A stretch of DNA of 64,000 nt, from assembly GCA_030680355.1 (NCBI GenBank), contig JAUXVF010000020.1:8811-72810 (forward strand), read 5' to 3'. Position numbers and translations under genes: made by a program. This DNA is from Caulobacter sp. Lineage in GTDB: Bacteria > Pseudomonadota > Alphaproteobacteria > Caulobacterales > Caulobacteraceae. A model generated the notes under the pieces. The model was given only the letters and a program-made list of their open reading frames with translations, was not told the DNA's origin and did no database searches. Positions 39,347 to 49,237 of this stretch are shown piece after piece (within the stretch, counting starts at the first letter, position 1; each line of letters begins with the position of its first letter).

Positions 39347-39763
39347 ATGAAGCGCACACTTATCAGCGGCTTGTTCGCACTGGTCGCCGTGACTACCGCC
39401 GGCGCCGCGAATGCTGGCGGTTCGCACGATCCATATGGTCCGCCGCCGCCGAGCGGCCCTCCGGCCGACTGTCTGTGCACCCGTTCAGTGGTTTTCTATG
39501 GCCCGACCGCGCCATACGGAAACATCAACGTCCGCGCGCCGGGCGTTCGGGTCTATGGCACGCCGATCTCGGTGCCGACCGGCCGCATCGACATTCAGGG
39601 CCCGCCTGTCTATGTCGACGCGCCCCCCATCCATATCCAGGCGCCGCAGATCTATCTGCAGCGGCCGCAGGTCTATGTGCGTCCTTCGAACGTCACGGTC
39701 GACCCGCCCGAGATCCACTTCGTCGGCTGCGCTGACGGCGAGCGTTGCGAACCCGTTCCCTGA
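39347..39763 (+). CDS. secreted Pro-rich hypothetical protein
   Basis: 138 aa. Signal peptide ...TTAGAANA. Short repeats GPPVYVDAPPIHIQAPQIYLQRPQVYV. RBS AAGGGG upstream, and a strong terminator downstream. Confidence 0.7.
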   Translation: MKRTLISGLFALVAVTTAGAANAGGSHDPYGPPPPSGPPADCLCTRSVVFYGPTAPYGNINVRAPGVRVYGTPISVPTGRIDIQGPPVYVDAPPIHIQAPQIYLQRPQVYVRPSNVTVDPPEIHFVGCADGERCEPVP

Positions 39764-39828
39764 GGCCTGACGGCTGGGCGGCGGGCTTTGACCCGCCGGT
39801 CGGCGCCAGTGTCTGACGAAGAGTCTTC

Positions 39829-39863
39829 ATGACGGCCGGGCCAGCGCCCGGCCGTCATTTTTT
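39829..39863 (+). terminator. intrinsic terminator
   Basis: 12-bp stem ATGACGGCCGGG, loop ccagcg, CCCGGCCGTCAT, then TTTTT. Confidence 0.88.
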
Positions 39864-39881
39864 ATGGCCGCCCGAATGACG

Positions 39882-40352
39882 TCAGGGCGCGCAGAATCCC
39901 CGAGCTTCACGCGCCAGCGCCAGGTCGCCGCCGGCCAGCGCCGCCTTGACGGCCTCATCGCACCTGGCCTCGCTCAGCAGCTTGGTCACCTTGCCGCGCA
40001 GGGCGGTCCGGGTCGTCTCGAGGTCACGCAGCCGGCGCGCCTCGCGACGATCGGCGGGAAGGCACAGGGACAGCCAGGACGCGTCGGCGCAGCGCGCGAT
40101 CAGCCGGGCCTGCCGGATCGCCTCGGCTTCGGCCTTTTCGCTCTCGACCGTCGGCAGACCCGCAGGCACGGGCGGCGGCGGCCCGGCGACCGTCGCGCGG
40201 CCGTCGGGGGATTCAATCACCGTGACGGCGGGCATCTTGTAGTGGCAGACCCAGCCGGTCGGCGTCATCTCGCAGGACTGCAGCGTGGCCTGCGCTTCGG
40301 CGGCGGCCCCCGGGCTTCCGGCCAGGGCAAGCAGCAACATAAACATGGTCAA
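39882..40352 (-). CDS. secreted Cys-containing hypothetical protein
   Basis: 156 aa. Signal peptide MTMFMLLLALAGSPGAAAEA, six Cys residues, helical Ala/Arg-rich C-terminal half. No recognised domain. Confidence 0.6.
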   Translation of the reverse strand: MTMFMLLLALAGSPGAAAEAQATLQSCEMTPTGWVCHYKMPAVTVIESPDGRATVAGPPPPVPAGLPTVESEKAEAEAIRQARLIARCADASWLSLCLPADRREARRLRDLETTRTALRGKVTKLLSEARCDEAVKAALAGGDLALAREARGFCAP

Positions 40353-40514
40353 CCTCGCACGCGTTGATCCCCACGCCCGCCAGCTTACCGCTCAATGCCT
40401 CTCAACCCAAGGCCCGCCGCTGCTGGACCAGTCGCAGCCGTCCGGCCAGCGTTGTTTCGGCTAGCCCACTGTGGCGTCTGGTCGAACCCGCGACCACTGG
40501 GGAAGGCCTGGGCG

Positions 40515-41414
40515 TCAGTCGGGCTGAACAAGGTTGAGGGTTTGCGCCGATAAGGTCAGGTCGACTCTGCGACCCCAGCCGAAGGACAGATGATCCTGTT
40601 CCATGCCGTCGGCGAAGATCACGCCGCCATCGTTCATGTTGGAAATCAGAACCAGGCTCTGATCGGCGCCGAGCGCGCCCGAAGTGATCGCCGTCCCCGT
40701 GGCCACGCTCGGCCAGGCTTCGCGCACAAAGAAGGCCAGCCGCCTGTCCGCCGGCGAGAGTTTCAGGTGCGATCCCGTCGCCGTCATGATCGAACGCGCC
40801 CAGCCCGTCGTCCCGGTGCCGGTCGACACGATGACGCCGGACGACGAATGGGTCTCGCTGTGTTTGCCCAACACGATCCGATAGCGAGCGGACTGGTGCG
40901 TTCGGTGCCCGACAAATATTTCGTTCAGGGCCTGCAACGCCTGGCCGTCCTCGAGCGTGGCGAGCACCATGGACCGACGCTCCAGTGACGCAGCGCCATC
41001 GGCGGCGGCCCGGGCGAACCGGTTGGCCTGGGACGGGCGAAAGGGAACGAGTACGCCTTCAATAAGGTCCGGCGCCGGATTGATTCCGAGCACCGGCTGA
41101 CCGGAGAGATATTTGGCGAGGTTGGCCACGAGCCCGTCCTGGCCGATAGCGATGACGACATCTTCCGGCCCGAAGAGAAACCGGTCCAGATCCGCGCGCT
41201 GCACTTTCGCCACCCGCCAGTCCGGAGGGAGCGCCACCCGGACCTGCCGAACGACCTCGACTATGGCGTCATGGCGGGCCGCCACCTCATCAATGTCCTG
41301 ACCCCGACTGGCGAGAAAGAACCGGGCCTGCTCACGCGTGGCGTGGGTCGCCAGAAGGCGTTGGTAGTCCGTCTCGCGCGTGACCAGGACCGCGCGGGGC
41401 AGCATGCCGGCCAT
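40515..41414 (-). CDS. NAD kinase / diacylglycerol-kinase-fold protein with a divergent active-site motif
   Basis: 299 aa from ATG 41414 (GGGAGA RBS 5 nt upstream). GQDGL replaces the canonical GGDGT. ALNEIFVG and SSGVIVSTGTGTTGWARS match the NADK NE/D and GxSTPTGSTAY-type motifs. Confidence 0.75.
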   Translation of the reverse strand: MAGMLPRAVLVTRETDYQRLLATHATREQARFFLASRGQDIDEVAARHDAIVEVVRQVRVALPPDWRVAKVQRADLDRFLFGPEDVVIAIGQDGLVANLAKYLSGQPVLGINPAPDLIEGVLVPFRPSQANRFARAAADGAASLERRSMVLATLEDGQALQALNEIFVGHRTHQSARYRIVLGKHSETHSSSGVIVSTGTGTTGWARSIMTATGSHLKLSPADRRLAFFVREAWPSVATGTAITSGALGADQSLVLISNMNDGGVIFADGMEQDHLSFGWGRRVDLTLSAQTLNLVQPD

Positions 41415-41427
41415 GCTTGTCTCCCTA

Positions 41428-42405
41428 TCAGCTCTGGACGCGGGAGCGGCCGACAAAGTCGGTGAGCAGGGTGGAGATGACGTCCGGCGTGATGTTCAAA
41501 TGCTCGATCGTCTGAAGCTTTCCGGCGAATTCCCGAGCGGCCAGCCCCAACAACACGGCGGGCGACAGGTCGCTGTAGATGGCGACGCGCGCGCCTTCCA
41601 TATCGGCCCGCGCTTGCTCGACGGTGCGTATGCGGCCTGCCTCGGCGTCGGCCGCGATCTTGTGAGCCGCGGCGTCCGCGGTCGCTTGATTGCGGCCGTT
41701 GGCGTCCTGGGTCTCGATCAGTTCCTTTTGTCGGCGGGCCAGCTCAATCTGGTTGGCCAGTTCGTTCTCGGCGATCGCCCGCTCCTTCTCGACCGCAAGC
41801 GCCCGGCGTTCGAAAGTGGCCTGATCGGCCTGCTGCTGCAGCCGCTCGAATGTGGGCGTCTGCAAAGCGCGCTTCAGTTCCATCGACGGCGAGACGTCGG
41901 AGATGCGCAGGTTGACCACTTCAAGGCCCATGGCCGTCAGGCGGTCGACCCCGACGAGACCCGCCTCCATCCGGGCCTGCAGCGCCGCCACCCCCTCGGC
42001 CAGGACCCCGTTCACATCCAGTGCGGTCAGGTACTGCGCCGCCAACTGTTGGCCCAGTCCGGTGAGCAACGTCGCGATCTGGTCGACGGGGGCGCCCAAC
42101 GGCAGGCCCTGTCGCAGGTCGATACTGAAGTTGATGCGGTCCGCGAGCTTTTCCGGGTCGGCCACCCGCCAGACGATCAGGCCCTGGACGGTGATCTCCT
42201 GAAAATCACGCGAGCGGCTGTTGAACAGGAAGGGCAGGTCACGATCATCCATCGGCAACTCGGCGATGGAAGCGCCGTCCGGATTGAACCAGAAGGTCAG
42301 GCCACGGCCAGACTGGATACGCCGTCCCTTGCTGTATCGGAGGACATGGAAACTGGCGTCGCTGCGCAGCCGCCGAATGGGCCCAAAACTTCTGACCTCT
42401 GCCAT
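41428..42405 (-). CDS. SPFH/Band-7 domain protein without an N-terminal TM anchor
   Basis: 325 aa. SPFH core TVQGLIVWRVADPEKL...VNLRISDVSPSMELKRAL, followed by an Ala/Glu/Gln/Arg-rich helical region. RBS GGGGGAA lies upstream. Confidence 0.8.
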   Translation of the reverse strand: MAEVRSFGPIRRLRSDASFHVLRYSKGRRIQSGRGLTFWFNPDGASIAELPMDDRDLPFLFNSRSRDFQEITVQGLIVWRVADPEKLADRINFSIDLRQGLPLGAPVDQIATLLTGLGQQLAAQYLTALDVNGVLAEGVAALQARMEAGLVGVDRLTAMGLEVVNLRISDVSPSMELKRALQTPTFERLQQQADQATFERRALAVEKERAIAENELANQIELARRQKELIETQDANGRNQATADAAAHKIAADAEAGRIRTVEQARADMEGARVAIYSDLSPAVLLGLAAREFAGKLQTIEHLNITPDVISTLLTDFVGRSRVQS

Positions 42406-42452
42406 CTCATTCCCCCTGGCCGCCGGGACGGCGACGACCTCCGCGGAGCAAC

Positions 42453-43244
42453 CTATTGTGGAGCTTTCGCCGCGTCTATGGCCGCTTCCATGGCTTCCCG
42501 CAGGACCGGTCGCAGCCGTCCGGCCAGCGCCTCGTCCACGCGGTTGTCCGGCCCCAGATGGGTGCTCTTGGCCAGTTCCATCTGCAGGGCCTGGACGCCG
42601 CTGGCGGGGTCGCCATAGGTGCGGGTGATGTAGCCCCCCTTGAAGCGGCCGTTGATCACGGCGCTGTACGGGCTGGCCTCACAGACGGCGAAGGCGGCGG
42701 CGCTGATCGCCGGGGCGCAGGCCGCGCCGTCGGCCGTGCCGAGGTTCAGGTCCGGCAGGGTTCCCTCGAACAGACGCGGCGCCACGCCGGTGATTGAATG
42801 GGCGTCCCACAGCACCGCGTGGCCATGGCGGTCGATGGCCGCCGCGATGGCCAGGGCCAGGGCCTGGTGATAGGGCCGCCAGTAGCGTTCACGACGGGCG
42901 GCGATCTCCGCCGCGTCCGGCGCAGGGCCGCGATAGACCGCCTCGCCGACAAAGGTCTCGTCCGGGACCAGTCCGGCGCCCCATTGACCGGGATAGAGCG
43001 GCTGATCATCCGGCGAGCGGTTGACGTCGATGACCAGCCGCGACCAGCGGGCGGTGACCGTGGCGGCGCCCAGATCGGCGGCGAAATCGTAGAGGGCGGG
43101 CTGTTCGAAGTCGGTATCGTCCAGCCGCAGGGCCTCCGGCGTCATCCGCGCGGCGATGGCGTCGGGGATGTCGGTCCCCACATGCGGGAAACTGACGACC
43201 AGCGGGCTGGTCCCGGCGGTGGTGAGGACGTCGGACATCATCAA
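42453..43244 (-). CDS. hutG: N-formylglutamate deformylase
   Basis: 263 aa. Sequence [10 protein letters not shown]...[12 protein letters not shown] is typical of FGase-family HutG. Sits in hut context. Confidence 0.88.
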   Translation of the reverse strand: MMMSDVLTTAGTSPLVVSFPHVGTDIPDAIAARMTPEALRLDDTDFEQPALYDFAADLGAATVTARWSRLVIDVNRSPDDQPLYPGQWGAGLVPDETFVGEAVYRGPAPDAAEIAARRERYWRPYHQALALAIAAAIDRHGHAVLWDAHSITGVAPRLFEGTLPDLNLGTADGAACAPAISAAAFAVCEASPYSAVINGRFKGGYITRTYGDPASGVQALQMELAKSTHLGPDNRVDEALAGRLRPVLREAMEAAIDAAKAPQ

Positions 43245-44752
43245 AGCTCCACAAACCCGCTGAACGCGCCGTCCAGAACCAGCGCCGTCGCCGACGCGAT
43301 GTCCGGCGCGAAATAGCGGTCCTGATCATAGGCCGGGACCGCGGCGCGGATAACCCGGTGGGCGGCCTCCAGCGGCGCCGACGACCGCAGCGGTCGCCGA
43401 AACTCGATGCCCTGCGCCGCCGCCAGCAGTTCGATGCCGACCACAGCGGCGGCGTTCTCGGCCATCTGGGTCAGTCGCCGCGCCGCGTAGGTGGCCATCG
43501 AGACATGGTCCTCCTGGTTGGCGCTGGTCGGCAGGCTGTCGGTGCTGGAGGGATGGCTGAGGCTCTTGTTCTCGCTGACCAGGGCCGCGGCCGTGACCTG
43601 GGCGATCATGAAGCCGGAATTGATCCCGCTCTCGGCGACCAGGAAGGCGGGCAGACCGCTCATCACCGGATCGACCAGCAGGGCGGTGCGCCGTTCACTG
43701 AGCGACCCGATCTCGGCGATCGCCAGGGCCAGGGTGTCGGCGGCGAAGGCCACCGGCTCGGCGTGGAAATTGCCGCCCGACAGGGCCTCGCCGGTGTCGG
43801 CGAAGACCAGCGGATTGTCGGTCACCGCCCCGGCCTCGATCAGCAGGGTGCGCTGGGCGTTGTCCAGCAGGTCGAGCACGGCGCCCATCACCTGCGGCTG
43901 GCAGCGCAGACTGTAGGGGTCCTGCACCCGGTCGCAGCCGATGTGGCTGCCGCGGATCTCGCTGCCTTCCAGCAGGCCGCGCAGGGCGGCGGCCACGGCG
44001 ATCTGGCCGGGCTGGCCGCGGGCGGCGTGGATGCGCGGGTCGAAGGGCACGTCGCTGCCGGCGGCCGCGTCGACGCTGAGCGCCCCGGCGGTCAGGGCGG
44101 CGGCGAAAATGCGCCGGGCCAGCACCAGCCCCTTGAGCGCCAGGGCCGTCGAGACCTGGGTGCCGTTGATCAGGGCCAGACCCTCTTTGGCGCGCAGGGC
44201 GATCGGCGCCAGGCCGGCGGCCTTGAGGCCCTCCGTGGCCGGAAGGACCTTGCCGCCGACCTTCAGCTCGCCGACCCCGATCAGGGTCGAGGCTAGATGG
44301 GCCAGCGGGGCCAGGTCGCCCGAGGCGCCGACCGAGCCCTTCTCCGGGATCACCGGCAGGATGTCGCGCTCGAGCAGCCGCATGAGCATGGCGATCAGCT
44401 CGGGCCGCACGCCCGAGAACCCGCGCGACAGGCCTGCGATCTTCAGCAGCAGGATCAACCGCACCACGTCGTCGGGCAGGGCGGCGCCGACGCCGCAGCA
44501 ATGCGACAGGATCAGGTTGCGCTGCAGGTCGGCAAGCTTGTCGGCGGGAATCGTCTTCTTGGCCAGCAGGCCAAAGCCGGTGTTGACGCCATAGACGGTG
44601 CGGCCGTCGGCGAGGATGGCGTCGATGGCGGCGGCGGACGCCCCAACGGCGACATCGGCGCGGGGGTGGAGACGCGCCGCCACCGGACCGGCCATGGCCG
44701 CCTCGATGTCGGCCAGGCCGATGGCGGAATCGCCGAGGGTCACGGTCTTCAT
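43241..44752 (-). CDS. hutH: histidine ammonia-lyase
   Basis: 503 aa. MIO-forming [12 protein letters not shown] motif and YGVNTGFG. Confidence 0.96.
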   Translation of the reverse strand: MKTVTLGDSAIGLADIEAAMAGPVAARLHPRADVAVGASAAAIDAILADGRTVYGVNTGFGLLAKKTIPADKLADLQRNLILSHCCGVGAALPDDVVRLILLLKIAGLSRGFSGVRPELIAMLMRLLERDILPVIPEKGSVGASGDLAPLAHLASTLIGVGELKVGGKVLPATEGLKAAGLAPIALRAKEGLALINGTQVSTALALKGLVLARRIFAAALTAGALSVDAAAGSDVPFDPRIHAARGQPGQIAVAAALRGLLEGSEIRGSHIGCDRVQDPYSLRCQPQVMGAVLDLLDNAQRTLLIEAGAVTDNPLVFADTGEALSGGNFHAEPVAFAADTLALAIAEIGSLSERRTALLVDPVMSGLPAFLVAESGINSGFMIAQVTAAALVSENKSLSHPSSTDSLPTSANQEDHVSMATYAARRLTQMAENAAAVVGIELLAAAQGIEFRRPLRSSAPLEAAHRVIRAAVPAYDQDRYFAPDIASATALVLDGAFSGFVEL

Positions 44753-46419
44753 CAGCGGGTCTCCAGCGAGGGCAGATCCAGCCCCTGCTCATGGGCGCAG
44801 TCGATGGCGATGTCATAGCCGGCGTCGGCGTGGCGCATGACGCCGGTGGCCGGGTCGTTCCACAGCACCCGCTCCAGCCGCCGGGCGGCCTCGGGCGTGC
44901 CGTCGGCGACGATGACCACCCCGGCGTGCTGGCTGTAGCCCATCCCGACCCCGCCGCCGTGGTGCAGCGACACCCAGGTGGCCCCGCTGGCGGTGTTGAG
45001 CAGGGCGTTGAGCAGCGGCCAGTCGGACACCGCGTCGGAGCCGTCCTGCATGGCCTCGGTCTCGCGGTTGGGGCTGGCCACCGAGCCGCTGTCGAGGTGG
45101 TCGCGGCCGATCACCACCGGGGCCTTGAGCTCGCCGCTGGCGACCATGTCGTTGAACTTCAGCCCGGCGCGGTGACGGTCGCCCAGCCCGATCCAGCAGA
45201 TCCGCGCCGGCAGCCCCTGGAAGGCGATCCGCTCGCGGGCCATGTCCAGCCAGCGATGCAGATGCACATTGTCCGGGAACAGGTCCTTCATCGCCTGGTC
45301 GGTCTTGTAGATGTCCTCCGGATCGCCCGACAGCGCCGCCCAGCGGAACGGTCCGACGCCGCGACAGAACAACGGGCGGATATAGGCCGGCACGAAGCCG
45401 GGGAAATCGAAGGCGTGTTCCAGCCCCTTGTCCTTGGCCACCTGGCGGATGTTGTTGCCGTAGTCGAGGGTCGGCACCCCCATGGCGTGGAAGTCGAGCA
45501 TGGCCTGGACATGTGGCACGATCGACGCCCGCGCGGCCCGGTCGACCGAGGCCGGATCCGCGGCCCGGGCCTGTTCCCAGCGCTCGACGGTCCAGCCCTT
45601 CGGCAGATAGCCGTTGATGGTGTCATGGGCGCTGGTCTGGTCGGTGACCACGTCGGGGCGCACGCCGCGCCGGACCAGTTCGGGAAACACGTCGGCGGTG
45701 TTGCCGAGCAGGCCGACCGACAGGGCCCGGCCCTCCTTCGTCGCCTTGGCGATCCGGGCCAGGGCGTCGTCGAGGTCCTCGGTCGCCTCGTCGAGATAGC
45801 GGGTCTCCAGCCGTCGCTGGATGCAACGGGCCTGGCATTCGACCGCCAGCATCGAGGCCCCGGCCATGGTCGCCGCCAGCGGCTGGGCCCCGCCCATGCC
45901 GCCCAGCCCGCCGGTCAGGATCCATTTGCCGGTCAGGTCGCCGCCGAAATGCTGGCGGCCGACCTCGACGAAGGTCTCGTAGGTGCCCTGAACGATGCCC
46001 TGGCTGCCGATGTAGATCCAGGAGCCGGCCGTCATCTGGCCGTACATCATCAGCCCCTGGCGATCGAGGTCGTTGAAATGTTCCCAGGTCGCCCATTTCG
46101 GCACCAGATTGGAGTTGGCGATCAGCACCCGGGGGGCGTCGGCATGGGTGCGGAAGACGCCGACCGGCTTGCCCGACTGGACCAGCAGGGTCTCGTCATC
46201 CTTGAGCCGTTTGAGCGTCGCGACAATGGCGTCGAAAGCCTGCCAGTTTCGGGCCGCCTTGCCGATGCCGCCATAGACGACCAGGTCCTCGGGCCGCTCG
46301 GCGACCTCGGGGTCGAGGTTGTTCATCAGCATGCGGAGAGCGGCCTCGGTCTGCCAGGACTGGCAGCTCAGCTCGGTCCCGCGCGCGGCCCGGACGATAC
46401 GGCTGTTGCTGGTGCTCAT
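44752..46419 (-). CDS. hutU: urocanate hydratase
   Basis: 555 aa. Sequence [15 protein letters not shown] plus conserved N- and C-terminal regions of urocanase. Confidence 0.96.
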   Translation of the reverse strand: MSTSNSRIVRAARGTELSCQSWQTEAALRMLMNNLDPEVAERPEDLVVYGGIGKAARNWQAFDAIVATLKRLKDDETLLVQSGKPVGVFRTHADAPRVLIANSNLVPKWATWEHFNDLDRQGLMMYGQMTAGSWIYIGSQGIVQGTYETFVEVGRQHFGGDLTGKWILTGGLGGMGGAQPLAATMAGASMLAVECQARCIQRRLETRYLDEATEDLDDALARIAKATKEGRALSVGLLGNTADVFPELVRRGVRPDVVTDQTSAHDTINGYLPKGWTVERWEQARAADPASVDRAARASIVPHVQAMLDFHAMGVPTLDYGNNIRQVAKDKGLEHAFDFPGFVPAYIRPLFCRGVGPFRWAALSGDPEDIYKTDQAMKDLFPDNVHLHRWLDMARERIAFQGLPARICWIGLGDRHRAGLKFNDMVASGELKAPVVIGRDHLDSGSVASPNRETEAMQDGSDAVSDWPLLNALLNTASGATWVSLHHGGGVGMGYSQHAGVVIVADGTPEAARRLERVLWNDPATGVMRHADAGYDIAIDCAHEQGLDLPSLETR

Positions 46420-47759
46420 GCCTTCAGTCTTTCGATGGTCTTGCGATAGGCGGCGGCGACGCCGTCGCGCGCCTGGTGACGGCCGTTTTCGACGCGGCGA
46501 ACCCCGCCGGTCCAGACCTCGCGCACGCAGCCCTGGCCGCTGAACACGAAGCTGTCGAGGGTCAGGTCGTCCTCGCGGCCGGCGAGGGCGGGATGGTCGG
46601 TGTCGAGCACGACGATGTCGGCCGCGGCCCCGACTTCAAGGACGCCGGTCGCCCGGCCGGTCGGCCGCGCGCCGCTGGCGGCGGCGGCCAGCCACAACCA
46701 GGCGCCGACATGCTCGCCGCCGCCGGCTCCGAGGGCGCGTTTGCGGGCCTGCAACCGCCGGCCGTACTCGAACCAGCGCAGCTCCTCGACCGGACTGGTC
46801 GAGACATGACTGTCCGAGCCGATGCCGAAGGTCCCCCCGGCGCGCAGGAAGGCGGCGGCGTTGAACACCCCGTCGCCGAGGTTGCCCTCCGTCGACGGAC
46901 AGAGCGCCACCGTCGCCCCGGCGCGGGCGACGCGGCCAGCCTCGGCGTCGGTCATGTGGGTGGCGTGGACCAGGGTCCAGCGGGGGGTCAGCAGGTTGCG
47001 GCCCAGCAGCCATTCCACCGGCCGCTCGCCCGACCAGGTCAGGCAGTCGTCGACCTCGCCGGTCTGTTCGGCGACATGGATATGGACGGGGATGTCAGGA
47101 CTGACCCGTTCGAGCACATATTCGATCTGGCGCGGCGTGACCGCCCGCAGGCTGTGGAAGGCGAGGGCCTCGGCATTCGTCTCGCCCAGCAGATCGAGGA
47201 AGGCGTCCGGGTCCATCAGGAACCGCTTCTGGCCGTCCAGCGGCGGCGCGCCGCCAAAGCTGCTGGAAGTGTAGAGCACCGGGGCCAGGGTCAGGGTGAT
47301 GCCGCTCACCGCCGCCGCCCGGCGGATGGCGTGGGCCATCGCCGCCCGGTCGGCATAGGGGCGGCCGTCGATGTCATTGTGCAGATAGTGGAACTCGACG
47401 ATGCCGCCGTAGCCCTGTTCCATCAGCTCGACCTGGAGCATGGCCGCGATGGCCTCGACATCGTCGGGGGTCAGCCGCTGCAGGAAGCCGTACATCGCCC
47501 CGCGCCAGGCCCAGAAGTCGTCGACCCCGGCCCTCGACTGTTCGGCCAGGCCGGCCATGGCCCGCTGAAAGGCGTGGCTGTGCAGATTGGTCATCGCCGG
47601 GATCGCCGCGCCGACCGACCGCGCGCTGCCGGCCGGATCGGCGTCCGGGGTGATCGCGGCGATAACGCCGTCGGCGACGGCGATCCGCACATTGCGCGCC
47701 CAGCCCTCCGGCAGACGCGCCTGGTCTAAGAATAGATCCACCTGGATCGGCCCTGTCAT
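46416..47759 (-). CDS. hutF: formimidoylglutamate deiminase
   Basis: Trimmed to ATG 47759 ([20 protein letters not shown]). Amidohydrolase NLHSHAFQR motif. 447 aa. Confidence 0.88.
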   Translation of the reverse strand: MTGPIQVDLFLDQARLPEGWARNVRIAVADGVIAAITPDADPAGSARSVGAAIPAMTNLHSHAFQRAMAGLAEQSRAGVDDFWAWRGAMYGFLQRLTPDDVEAIAAMLQVELMEQGYGGIVEFHYLHNDIDGRPYADRAAMAHAIRRAAAVSGITLTLAPVLYTSSSFGGAPPLDGQKRFLMDPDAFLDLLGETNAEALAFHSLRAVTPRQIEYVLERVSPDIPVHIHVAEQTGEVDDCLTWSGERPVEWLLGRNLLTPRWTLVHATHMTDAEAGRVARAGATVALCPSTEGNLGDGVFNAAAFLRAGGTFGIGSDSHVSTSPVEELRWFEYGRRLQARKRALGAGGGEHVGAWLWLAAAASGARPTGRATGVLEVGAAADIVVLDTDHPALAGREDDLTLDSFVFSGQGCVREVWTGGVRRVENGRHQARDGVAAAYRKTIERLKA

Positions 47760-47892
47760 CTGCGCGGCTGTTTCGAGGGGAAACAGGCCCGGCCCCGACC
47801 GTCGCCGGAGCGAGGGAATCAGGTTTCGCTGGAAACCATCACGTCCCGGCTCGTAGCTAGGCCGCCGTAGGGTAAGGTGGCAAGACCCAGTG

Positions 47893-49101
47893 ATGACCCG
47901 AATCGACCTGCTCCTCTCCGACTGCCGCGCCGCGACCATGGTCGCCGGCGGCGCGCCCTATGGCGTCATCGAGGACGCGGTGATCGCCGTGAAGGACGGC
48001 GCCATCCTCTGGATCGGCCCCGCCAGCGAGGCGCCGGAGTTCCGGCCGGTCAGCGCCGCGCGGCTCGACGGCCGCTGGGTGACGCCCGGCCTGATCGACT
48101 GCCACACCCATCTGGTCTTCGGCGGCGACCGCACGGCCGAGTTCGAGGCGCGGCTGGGTGGGGCCACCTACGAAGAGATCGCCCTGGCCGGCGGCGGCAT
48201 CCGCTCCAGCGTGACCGCGACCCGGGCGGCGAGCGAAGCGGACCTGATCCGCGCCGCCCGCCGACGGCTGGCCAGTTTCATCGCCGAGGGCGTGACCACG
48301 ATCGAGATCAAGTCCGGCTACGGCCTGGACCTCGAAACCGAACTGAAAATGCTCCGCGCCGCCCGCTATCTCGACGGCGACGTGCGGGTGGTGACCAGTT
48401 TCCTCGGCCTGCACGCGGTTCCCAAGGACCAGGACCGCGACGCCTATGTCGCCATGATCATCGACGAGGCGCTGCCGGCGGCCCATGCGGCCGGTCTGGT
48501 CGATATCGTCGACGCCTATCTGGAATCGATCGCCTTCACCCCGGCCGAGGTCTCACGGTTGTTCGACAAGGCAAGGTCGCTCGGCCTGCCGGTGCGGCTG
48601 CACGCCGACCAGCTGTCCGACGGCGGCGGCGCGGCCCTGGCGGCGTCGTACGGCGCGCTGTCGGCGGATCATCTGGAATTCACTGCCCAGGCCGGGGTCG
48701 AGGCCATGGCCAGGGCGGGGACGGTCGCCGTCCTCCTGCCCGGCGCGTTCGTGGCCCTGGCCGAGACCCGCGAGCCGCCGGTGGCCGCTTTACGCGCGGC
48801 GGGCGTGCCGATGGCCGTGGCCAGCGACTGCAACCCCGGCACCTCGCCGCTGCTGTCCCTGCGCGCGGCGATGATGCTGGCCTGCAGCCAGTTCCGCCTG
48901 ACCCCGGAGGAGGCGCTGGCCGGGACGACGCGGGTGGCGGCCCAGGCGCTGGGCCTGGCCGCGCGGGCCGGCACGCTGGAAGCCGGCAAGGCCGCCGATC
49001 TCGCCGCCTGGGACATCGAACGCCCCGCCGAGCTCAGCTACTGGCTCGGCGGCGACCTGCTGCACCGGTCCTGGCGCGGCGGCGTGCCGGTGGTGGCCTG
49101 A
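47893..49101 (+). CDS. hutI: imidazolonepropionase
   Basis: Contains GLIDCHTHLVFGG, the GYGLD-type region and ASDCNPGTSP. GTG 47890 is immediately followed by ATG 47893. Confidence 0.95.
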   Translation: MTRIDLLLSDCRAATMVAGGAPYGVIEDAVIAVKDGAILWIGPASEAPEFRPVSAARLDGRWVTPGLIDCHTHLVFGGDRTAEFEARLGGATYEEIALAGGGIRSSVTATRAASEADLIRAARRRLASFIAEGVTTIEIKSGYGLDLETELKMLRAARYLDGDVRVVTSFLGLHAVPKDQDRDAYVAMIIDEALPAAHAAGLVDIVDAYLESIAFTPAEVSRLFDKARSLGLPVRLHADQLSDGGGAALAASYGALSADHLEFTAQAGVEAMARAGTVAVLLPGAFVALAETREPPVAALRAAGVPMAVASDCNPGTSPLLSLRAAMMLACSQFRLTPEEALAGTTRVAAQALGLAARAGTLEAGKAADLAAWDIERPAELSYWLGGDLLHRSWRGGVPVVA

Positions 49102-49114
49102 GCCGCAATGAAAT

Positions 49115-49214
49115 GTGCGTCCTTCGACACGCCCCCTGCGGGGGCTGCTCAGGATGACTTGCATAGGTAATCGTCATCCTGAGCAGCCGCGAAGCGGCGT
49201 GTCGAAGGACGCAC
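49115..49214. repeat. REP-like 100-bp compound palindrome
   Basis: Outer arms GTGCGTCCTTCGACACGCC / GGCGTGTCGAAGGACGCAC and inner arms CTGCTCAGGATGAC / GTCATCCTGAGCAG surround a 14-nt loop. Confidence 0.8.
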
Positions 49215-49237
49215 GAACGGTTTCGTCCCGCTCCCGC

